Positions 1 through 6,993 of a DNA stretch of 64,000 nucleotides are shown here, piece by piece. Both the position numbers and the translations under genes were made by a program. The DNA comes from Eubacteriales bacterium. Lineage in GTDB: Bacteria > Bacillota > Clostridia > Oscillospirales > CAG-272. The DNA is taken from contig JAZQEH010000028.1 of the NCBI GenBank assembly GCA_045538895.1, positions 1,882-65,881 of the forward strand. Direction: 5' to 3'. The notes beneath the pieces are model-generated. The model searched no databases. It was not told the DNA's origin and was given only the letters and a program-made list of their open reading frames with translations. Every line of letters starts with the position of its first letter. Position 1 is the stretch's first letter.

Positions 1-1
1 G

Positions 2-154
2 GGAACGGAGGGGGACGGACTTTCTGACAAAACCATATCTGACTGCGATTTCACCGTGAAAATACCGATGTATCACGGTGTCGATTCGCTGAACGTTGCT
101 GCCGCATCTGCCGTAGCGTTCTATCAGCTCAGCAATAGCAAAAACAATATCTGA
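2..154 (+). CDS. 3' end of a SpoU/TrmH-family RNA methyltransferase gene (5' part outside window)
   Basis: Open frame from the window edge reads GTEGDGLSDKTISDCDFTVKIPMYHGVDSLNVAAASAVAFYQLSNSKNNI*. This carries the GxEGxGL, IPM and SLNV C-terminal knot motifs of SpoU methylases. It is absent from the ORF track because no start codon lies in the window. Confidence 0.6.
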   Translation, partial: GTEGDGLSDKTISDCDFTVKIPMYHGVDSLNVAAASAVAFYQLSNSKNNI

Positions 155-162
155 AATACACA

Positions 163-199
163 AATACCGCATTGATACTATACGTATCAATGCGGTATT
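163..199. terminator. Bidirectional stem-loop between convergent genes
   Basis: Perfect 15-bp inverted repeat aataccgcattgata / tatcaatgcggtatt with a 7-nt loop, followed by gtttgtg. It lies between the + strand methylase stop (154) and the - strand GH20 stop (211). Confidence 0.6.
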
Positions 200-210
200 G
201 TTTGTGAGAT

Positions 211-1812
211 TTAAAACACACTTGTCGAGGCTATCGTTGTATAACTGTTATATTGCGGCATTCTGCCTTTGGTTCCCTGCCTTATATAGTCAAGGACTTC
301 AACATCATATTCTTCGATAGTATCAATTTCACCGCTCAGGTATGCGGTGATTTTTTCTTTAGCGGTGATAAGTCTTTGCTTTAAGCCGCCAAGACGGATG
401 TCATGTATTTCAAAGCCGAAAGGCTTGTTTTCTTTCATCCAGAGTGCTTTGAATTTCTGATAGAATACTTCAAGCAGTTCGCTTGCTTTTTCAAAATCCT
501 TGACTATAGCGGCAAGTGCTGCCTTATCGCCGCTTTTGTAGATCTCTCTTGCACGCAATCCAAGGTCGTATTTTACGGAAAGAAGTTCGCAAAGTGCCGC
601 TTCGCTTTCAAAAATATACGCATACTTGCTACCCTTTGCATTTTCATACAATGTATCTGCATGTGCCCTGTAATCAGCAGGTGCATCCGTGTTTGCAGCT
701 AAATCAAAAGTACCGCAAAGAGGGTCATTGTAAAGCATTACCTTTGACACATTGGAACGGCGAAGATTGTCGGGAGATACACGGTTAGGCAGATCGAGAG
801 TCATCATCAGGTCATAATCCTCGCCGGTTACCTCTTTGAAGAGCTTTTTAATTTCCGCTTCGTCTGTAATTCCCTCGTAAATCTTGCGAAGTTTAAACAG
901 AACGGGAAGAAGCGAATAGAACGAACATTCCTTGCCGTTGTCCCCCCACATCGTAATGAAAATGTTTTCAATATCATTTTCCGCACAGGATTTCATAGCA
1001 GGAGTCATGGAATCTACCGACCACTTATTAAGCGGTGCAAACCCCGTCCAGCTCCATGCACCGCCGGCAAACCAGACAGGTCCGCCAAATTTTTTATGCT
1101 GTGCTATCATGCTGTCGTAGATTTCCTGCTCCTCATGATAATAATCCCAAAAAATCAGTTCCACACCGTCGGGACATTTTGAAACGATTTCATCGGTAAT
1201 AATGTCCTCTTTGGAATAGTATACCCCGTGATTTGCAAGGCGGAAAAACATATCAGACCACATAATAGGAGTGAATCCGTATTTCTTTGCAATGGCAATA
1301 ACCCTCTCAAGATGCTCGCTGAGAATATCAAATCGGTTGCGGTATCCGTTTATGTCGAGATACTTGCCAAGACCAAGCATATGTGCCTCATCCATACCGA
1401 TATGAACATACTCGGATTTAAACACCTGCTTCAGTGTTTTAAACATGTTTTCGATAAGCTCATACGTGCGTTCATCTCCGACAAGCAGAATATCGGCGGT
1501 ATCTCTTATCTTTGCATAATCTCCGTAGTGGAAAATCTGGTTGAGGTGTGCAAGTGTCTGTATGCAAGGGATAACCTCGATGTCAATGGACTCGCAATAG
1601 CTTACGATGTTCAAAAGCTCCTCCTTTGTATATCTGCCACGCATGTAACCAAAATACGGCTCACCGTCAACTTCATAAGTATCCTCGGTATAAAGTTGAA
1701 TCATATTGTAACCGAAAGATTTCAGAATTTTTGCAAAATTCTTTACCTCACACGGCTTCATCACCGCATTTCTCGACATATCAAGCATTACACCGAATCT
1801 TTTACTATTCAT
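211..1812 (-). CDS. GH20-family beta-N-acetylhexosaminidase-like enzyme, cytoplasmic
   Basis: 533-aa ORF with no signal peptide. It has the MLDMSRN N-terminal motif and HIGMDEA (adjacent Asp-Glu catalytic pair) typical of GH20 TIM barrels. It overlaps the upstream kinase gene by 4 nt. Confidence 0.75.
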   Translation of the reverse strand: MNSKRFGVMLDMSRNAVMKPCEVKNFAKILKSFGYNMIQLYTEDTYEVDGEPYFGYMRGRYTKEELLNIVSYCESIDIEVIPCIQTLAHLNQIFHYGDYAKIRDTADILLVGDERTYELIENMFKTLKQVFKSEYVHIGMDEAHMLGLGKYLDINGYRNRFDILSEHLERVIAIAKKYGFTPIMWSDMFFRLANHGVYYSKEDIITDEIVSKCPDGVELIFWDYYHEEQEIYDSMIAQHKKFGGPVWFAGGAWSWTGFAPLNKWSVDSMTPAMKSCAENDIENIFITMWGDNGKECSFYSLLPVLFKLRKIYEGITDEAEIKKLFKEVTGEDYDLMMTLDLPNRVSPDNLRRSNVSKVMLYNDPLCGTFDLAANTDAPADYRAHADTLYENAKGSKYAYIFESEAALCELLSVKYDLGLRAREIYKSGDKAALAAIVKDFEKASELLEVFYQKFKALWMKENKPFGFEIHDIRLGGLKQRLITAKEKITAYLSGEIDTIEEYDVEVLDYIRQGTKGRMPQYNSYTTIASTSVF

Positions 1813-2930
1813 AAGCTCCTCCGTATATTTAAGGTCACTTGTTTAATCTGTTCCCATTGCTCTTCCATATCTTTTACAAGTTTAAACTGTGTGCGACAGC
1901 GATCCAGATTATGTTTTGGATAATTGATATGGAAATAATTATCTCCGTCAAGATAGTCCGTAAGAAAACGAATGCCGCACTCAAGTGTCATAAGCTTTGC
2001 ACCAAACGGGAAATATGCAATCTCTGTTTCTGTGAAAATACCTCCGGCACCGGTCAAAAAGCCACGGGTATAACGGGCATACAAATCAATATCAAAATTG
2101 ACTTTAGAAAGATCTTTTTCATCCTCGGCACAATGATTTGCACCGAAGCGGATAGCATCGCCGAAATCATAGATCGACAAACCGGGCATAGTTGTATCAA
2201 GGTCTATGATGCAGATACCCTCAAGCGTATCTTTGTCAAATAGTATATTATTCAGTTTTGTGTCATTATGGGTGACACGCAAAGGAAGTTTTCCCTCCTT
2301 CAATGCGTTTACCGCAACCGAGCAATCGGCCTCACGGTCCAACACAAACTGTATCTCGTCTGCCACATCCTTTGCTCTGTGCAGTTTGTCAGTTTTCAAG
2401 GCGGAAAGAAACTTAACAAAGCGGGCTTGTGTATTGTGAAAATCAACAATAGCTTCATGGAGCGTATCCGCAGGATAGTCCTGCAAAAGCATCTGAAATC
2501 TGCCAAACGCACGTGCAGAGGCTTCAAAAGTTTCGGGAGCAGCATTTTGCAGGCATACCGTATTCTCAATAAAATAGAGCAAACGCCATACCTTGCCGTT
2601 AGAATCTGTATAATACATCTTTCCGTCTTTTGTCGGCAACAGATTAAGCGTTTCCCTCATAGGGTCGCCGCCACCGACTTCAATCTTCTTACGCAGATGC
2701 GAGGTAATGCCGATAAAATTCTCCATAACTTCATCGGGTTTCGGGAAAGCTGCCAAAGATAATCCTTGCAGAATATAACGAGCCACTTTTCCATCTTCCG
2801 ATTTGCAAACTACACAATACGTATCATTAATGTGTCCCTCACCGTGACGGATAACACTATCAAGCGTATACGGAAACTCATACGCAGCAATCACATCACG
2901 CAATAGTGTTTCGTTTACTGAAGTGTACAT
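1809..2930 (-). CDS. N-acetylhexosamine 1-kinase-like phosphotransferase (APH fold)
   Basis: HGEGHINDTY, HNDTKLNNILFD catalytic loop and IIDLDT metal-binding motif as in the NahK family. Start moved from the track position (2966) to ATG 2930, which is preceded by GGAGAAAG. Confidence 0.7.
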   Translation of the reverse strand: MYTSVNETLLRDVIAAYEFPYTLDSVIRHGEGHINDTYCVVCKSEDGKVARYILQGLSLAAFPKPDEVMENFIGITSHLRKKIEVGGGDPMRETLNLLPTKDGKMYYTDSNGKVWRLLYFIENTVCLQNAAPETFEASARAFGRFQMLLQDYPADTLHEAIVDFHNTQARFVKFLSALKTDKLHRAKDVADEIQFVLDREADCSVAVNALKEGKLPLRVTHNDTKLNNILFDKDTLEGICIIDLDTTMPGLSIYDFGDAIRFGANHCAEDEKDLSKVNFDIDLYARYTRGFLTGAGGIFTETEIAYFPFGAKLMTLECGIRFLTDYLDGDNYFHINYPKHNLDRCRTQFKLVKDMEEQWEQIKQVTLNIRRSL

Positions 2931-3067
2931 ACTTCTTTCTCCAATTCGCCTTTGGCTATTATCCATTAAAATTTTGATTATACGAACATTATATCATCTA
3001 ATATTGTATATCGCAATCCGGCATATCAAAATTCTCCGTTTTGACGAAAACTTATAAGTTGTATAAT

Positions 3068-3100
3068 GTAGAAACCCCTGTCTGTGACAGGGGTTTCTAC
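3068..3100 (-). terminator. Stem-loop downstream of the zinc-ribbon operon
   Basis: 15-bp perfect stem gtagaaacccctgtc / gacaggggtttctac with a 3-nt loop, about 30 nt after the stop at 3133. The U-tract is weak. Confidence 0.5.
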
Positions 3101-3132
3101 ATTATTATTCTGTTTTCAGCCGAAAGTTTTCT

Positions 3133-3714
3133 TTATGCACTGTAGAAGTCTTCGACATACCACTTCTTGCCGTCTTTCATAAGCATAAGTATCCAGACGT
3201 CGCTATCGTCTTTCTTCTTGCCTTTGATGTCAATGCTTATAGTGAGGACCGCAAAATCCTCATCCTCATCGGCTTCCATTATCTCATATTCGTACGTCCA
3301 CTTCTTGCCAAGCTCCGACTTATATTCGTCAGCCATCTCGTCAAGGCTATCCTGAAGTCTTTTTATAAGCACGGATTTGTTTTCATATCCGTAATCTTCA
3401 AGCTTCTCTGATATGTAATCTTCGGAGAAGGTGGACACGAGTTTTTTAGCATCGGCTTCAAACATTCCTGCAAAGAAGTCTTCAACGGTATCCTCATAAC
3501 CACCACTACCACCACTGAATGCAAAAAACACAATAACAGCGATTATTGCAATGATGATAATACCAATAGGACTTTTCTTTTTTCCCTGATTTGCAGAAGA
3601 CTGTACCACAGGCGGAACGTTTGCCGCAGGTGCAGCCTCGCCTACCGGACTTCCGCACGAGTTACAAAATTTCGTACCGTCAGCAAGCTGGGCACCACAG
3701 TTTTTACAAAACAT
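3133..3714 (-). CDS. Zinc-ribbon membrane protein (N-terminal CxxC-x12-CxxC, one TM helix, extracytoplasmic domain)
   Basis: Begins MFCKNCGAQLADGTKFCNSCG, then the hydrophobic helix IGIIIIAIIAVIVFFAF. SD AAAGGAG lies upstream. Confidence 0.75.
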   Translation of the reverse strand: MFCKNCGAQLADGTKFCNSCGSPVGEAAPAANVPPVVQSSANQGKKKSPIGIIIIAIIAVIVFFAFSGGSGGYEDTVEDFFAGMFEADAKKLVSTFSEDYISEKLEDYGYENKSVLIKRLQDSLDEMADEYKSELGKKWTYEYEIMEADEDEDFAVLTISIDIKGKKKDDSDVWILMLMKDGKKWYVEDFYSA

Positions 3715-3725
3715 TTTATTCTCCT

Positions 3726-4295
3726 TTACAACTCTTTTCCGCAGTTTTCACAGTGCTTAGCGCCCTCTTTATTCTGACGTCCGCACTCGCTGCAATAAAC
3801 ATAGTTCTCTTCTTCGGTCTTTTCTTCAGCGTTAACATTTGTGCCTGAACTCGTCTTTACCGGGGTAGCACCTCGCAAAGCGGAATGAATTACCGTACTC
3901 TGAATAGTAAGTTTATCCCATGCATCCTTAAGCGAAAGCGAAATATAAAGCTGAACGCCTACGCCAATCCAGAAGCCAAGCGAGAGCCATGTAGTAATAG
4001 CATCGTCAAAGCCCGAATCTATTACCGCCATAAGCACCGCAAAAACAGCCATTAACGCAAATCCAAAGTTTTTGGCAATGGTGCCTTTTTCATAAAGCTT
4101 GTAATACTTTCTTGCTTTTTCGATGTTTGCAGGATTTGCATAATTGAGTGCCGCTACGTACTTTTCCTTTGACGGAGCAAATGCGTTCTCTTTTACATTT
4201 TTGAGTGCAGCTTGTGCTGCTGAATAATCTGCAATATCGGTATCAAGATAGAACCTTTTCAGTTCCTCATCTTTATCCATAATTCCCTTACTCAT
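3726..4295 (-). CDS. Membrane protein with C-terminal zinc ribbon
   Basis: Two predicted TM helices (FGFALMAVFAVLMAVI, WLSLGFWIGVGVQLYISL) and C-terminal CSECGRQNKEGAKHCENCG. SD AAGGAG. Confidence 0.7.
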   Translation of the reverse strand: MSKGIMDKDEELKRFYLDTDIADYSAAQAALKNVKENAFAPSKEKYVAALNYANPANIEKARKYYKLYEKGTIAKNFGFALMAVFAVLMAVIDSGFDDAITTWLSLGFWIGVGVQLYISLSLKDAWDKLTIQSTVIHSALRGATPVKTSSGTNVNAEEKTEEENYVYCSECGRQNKEGAKHCENCGKEL

Positions 4296-4306
4296 AATAT
4301 ATCTCC

Positions 4307-6310
4307 TTAACCAAGCTTATTGCCGCAAGATGGACAGAATTTAGAAGTGCCATCAACCTTTGCCCCGCACTGTGTGCAGAATGAGCCTGCGGAAGTTGTT
4401 TGCGGTGCCGCACTCGGCTTTTTGAATACCGAGAACAATCCGCCGCCCTTCTTTTCTTTAAGAGCTGCTTGCATTTTTGTAATTGCAGGATGTATTACGC
4501 TACCGTTTAAGGTAAGAGTATTATACGATTCCTTTTTACCCATATTTATGAGAGATGTAAGCATTCCGCCCTCTTTACCGTTTGCATACTTTGCCGCCGC
4601 AGTAATCTCGGTTTCGTTAAGCATTTTCAATGCCGATATGAAATAAGCCTTGGACTCAGTTCTTCCCTTTTGCCTGATGTATTCAATACTTTTACCGATA
4701 GCCGCACTGTCATAAGCATCGGTATTCATATAAAGGTTGGAAAACTCTTCAAAATCCTCTGCTTCCCAGATATCAGTAACACGCTTTTGTACACGGTCGA
4801 GATACTTTTTCTTGACCTCACTCGAAGCGTCATACTCCTCAATCTTTTTCTTAAGCTCACCGCACTCGCTTTCGCTGCTGTTGGCAAGATTCTCTAAAAG
4901 ACTGTTCAGATAATCGTTATCAATCTGGTTTATACGCTTTTGTATACGATCGAGATACTCCTTCTTAACCTCACTCGAAGCGTCATACTCCTCGATCTTT
5001 TTCTTAAGCTCACCGCACTCGCTTTTGCTGCTGTTGGCAAGGTTCTTCAAAAGACTGTTCAGATAATCGTTATCAATCTGGTTTATACGCTTGTTGAGCA
5101 ACTGCAAATACTTGCTCTTTATAGCCTTGGTAAACTCTAAATGAGTTATTTCGGTCAAAAGCTTGCCGCATGCTTCCTTATCAAGCGTACCAATGTTTCC
5201 GCAAAGCTCGTTAAGCTTTGCATCATCTTTCTCCGCCTGCGTTTTCTGCTCACGGGTTTCGTAGATTACGCCGTCATACGTTCTTGCTTCTTCATCAAAC
5301 TTTTTGATAACAACCTCAAGCTCCTGCACTCTCTCGGAGGAAGTTACATGGAAATTCTTCATCATCTCTTTGAGTTTTTCCATAAGCAAAAGTGCGTCTT
5401 CCTCGGTTCTGACTGACTTGACGTTTATAGCTGCCTTAATCTCTTTGTCGATAAGATAAGACATATCAATGCTTAAATAATTTGCTATTGCCGCAATCTC
5501 ATATTTTGCACTCGGGAAATTCTCAAAAATATAATCGTAGTACTGCTTTTTGCTTGAGTCCAGTTCGATAAGTGAAAATGCAAGGCGTTCTTTTTCCTCG
5601 GCCGGGATTCCTCTTGTGCGGTTTTCAAGAAGCGCATCAGCCTGCTTTTCACTCATGCCGCTATCCCTGTTATCAACATATTCCATAAGAAGCTTAACTT
5701 CATCTTCCTCGGTAATTGTTGAATCCGCAAGATTCTGGTATATAGCCCTCGCTTTATCGGCGTCTGCCTGATATACAAAGTCAATAGGTGCTATCGAGTT
5801 ATCGTTAAGATAATTCAGGACATAAGTGCACAGTGCCATAACGTCATTATAAAGATGCGTGTATATAACAGTGCCTTCAAATTTACTCTTTATGCGGGAA
5901 ACGAAAACGTCATCATCTATTGTGCCTTCTTCATAATCGTACAAAGCATCAACTATAAACTCATTGAAATAGTATTGTAACTGCGATACACTTCTGTCTT
6001 CATCAACTATCGCATCGTCCCAGATGTCATTATCGGACAAATCGTAAATACCGTATTTAGTAAGATACTGTCTTGCCTTAGCCACATACCGCATAACGAT
6101 TTTATCCAAATAATCAACTTCGCCAAATGAATTTAAAAACCTTTCGCAATAGGTACTATTCAAAAATACCGTGCCGAATCTTTCTTTATACTCGGCTTTC
6201 ATCTCACGCTCTGCCTGTTCTCCCATTAAACGGAAATCAGTCAGAACTTTCATGTAATTCTTTCTGCCCTCGGAAAATTCCAATTCCCTGCCTAAAAGTG
6301 TGAATTTCAT
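4307..6310 (-). CDS. 667-aa hypothetical protein with internal 51-aa tandem duplication and C-terminal zinc ribbon
   Basis: No TM helix or P-loop seen. C-terminus is FCTQCGAKVDGTSKFCPSCG. SD AGGAGGA. See the repeat at 4797-5102. Confidence 0.7.
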   Translation of the reverse strand: MKFTLLGRELEFSEGRKNYMKVLTDFRLMGEQAEREMKAEYKERFGTVFLNSTYCERFLNSFGEVDYLDKIVMRYVAKARQYLTKYGIYDLSDNDIWDDAIVDEDRSVSQLQYYFNEFIVDALYDYEEGTIDDDVFVSRIKSKFEGTVIYTHLYNDVMALCTYVLNYLNDNSIAPIDFVYQADADKARAIYQNLADSTITEEDEVKLLMEYVDNRDSGMSEKQADALLENRTRGIPAEEKERLAFSLIELDSSKKQYYDYIFENFPSAKYEIAAIANYLSIDMSYLIDKEIKAAINVKSVRTEEDALLLMEKLKEMMKNFHVTSSERVQELEVVIKKFDEEARTYDGVIYETREQKTQAEKDDAKLNELCGNIGTLDKEACGKLLTEITHLEFTKAIKSKYLQLLNKRINQIDNDYLNSLLKNLANSSKSECGELKKKIEEYDASSEVKKEYLDRIQKRINQIDNDYLNSLLENLANSSESECGELKKKIEEYDASSEVKKKYLDRVQKRVTDIWEAEDFEEFSNLYMNTDAYDSAAIGKSIEYIRQKGRTESKAYFISALKMLNETEITAAAKYANGKEGGMLTSLINMGKKESYNTLTLNGSVIHPAITKMQAALKEKKGGGLFSVFKKPSAAPQTTSAGSFCTQCGAKVDGTSKFCPSCGNKLG
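4797..5102. repeat. Two tandem copies of a 153-bp unit inside the 667-aa CDS
   Basis: tcgagatac... restarts at 4797 and 4950 (period 153 nt). It encodes RINQIDNDYLNSLL.NLANSS.SECGELKKKIEEYDASSEVKK.YLDR twice with only a few substitutions. Confidence 0.85.
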
Positions 6311-6319
6311 TATATCCTC

Positions 6320-6556
6320 CTAATTTTTAAAAATACTTATACATACCAGAATGGCAACGATTATTATAATTGGTACAATGAATTTGATAACCGCTTCAAA
6401 CACCCATACCACTATTGAAGCAAGCACGGCGCCTACTGCCAATGAAATGAGTATCATTATCACCAAAGAAGCGGGACGTATTGCCGCAAGATATCCACGC
6501 CCCATTACAATCATAAAGACTATGAATGCAAAAATTATTGTCAGAATTTCGGTCAT
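6320..6556 (-). CDS. 78-aa polytopic small membrane protein
   Basis: Almost entirely hydrophobic, roughly three helices. Tightly packed between the Mor-like gene and the 667-aa gene, with GAGGA upstream. Confidence 0.6.
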   Translation of the reverse strand: MTEILTIIFAFIVFMIVMGRGYLAAIRPASLVIMILISLAVGAVLASIVVWVFEAVIKFIVPIIIIVAILVCISIFKN

Positions 6557-6558
6557 TT

Positions 6559-6843
6559 TTACTTATCCTCTTCGCCAACAACTACTGCAGATTCCAGACT
6601 CTCCTGTATCATACGGCGAATAGTTCTTTCTGAGTAGTCGTATTTCTGTGCCAACTCACGTATATTTGTGCCATCGTATTCTTTGATAACACTAAGCTGA
6701 ATCAAATGCGGATTGTACAGACGTACCGGGAAAGTAACCTGTTGCCCCTTGAAATGCAGATAGATTTTTAACGTTGCATCGAGTCCTATCATCTCGCTGA
6801 TCTCTTTATATACTGAGTTGTATAATTCAGACTCTTTTTCCAA
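6559..6843 (-). CDS. Mor-family-like small DNA-binding protein
   Basis: 94 aa. FKGQQVTFP ... IKEYDGTNIRELAQKYDYSERTIRRMI resembles the Mor transcription activator / C-terminal HTH family. TTG start preceded by AAGGAGGG. Confidence 0.6.
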   Translation of the reverse strand: MEKESELYNSVYKEISEMIGLDATLKIYLHFKGQQVTFPVRLYNPHLIQLSVIKEYDGTNIRELAQKYDYSERTIRRMIQESLESAVVVGEEDK

Positions 6844-6864
6844 GGCTTTCCCTCCTTTTCGACA

Positions 6865-6893
6865 ATTCTATCACTATGCCATTGCCAAGTAAA
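6865..6893 (-). promoter_or_regulatory. Candidate sigma-A promoter for the Mor/zinc-ribbon operon
   Basis: Minus strand reads TTTACT-17 nt-TAGAAT, about 20 nt upstream of the SD for the TTG start at 6843. Confidence 0.4.
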
Positions 6894-6920
6894 ATGCAAT
6901 TTACATTGTATTTGTCACAT

Positions 6921-6963
6921 AAAAAAAGAGTGATTACAAACTTATTATAGTTTGTAATCACTC
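6921..6963 (-). terminator. Rho-independent terminator after the kinase gene
   Basis: 14-bp stem gagtgattacaaac / gtttgtaatcactc, followed on the minus strand by TTTTTTT. Confidence 0.8.
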
Positions 6964-6993
6964 ACTGTTCGTCCACGAATTGTAGACTTTTTA

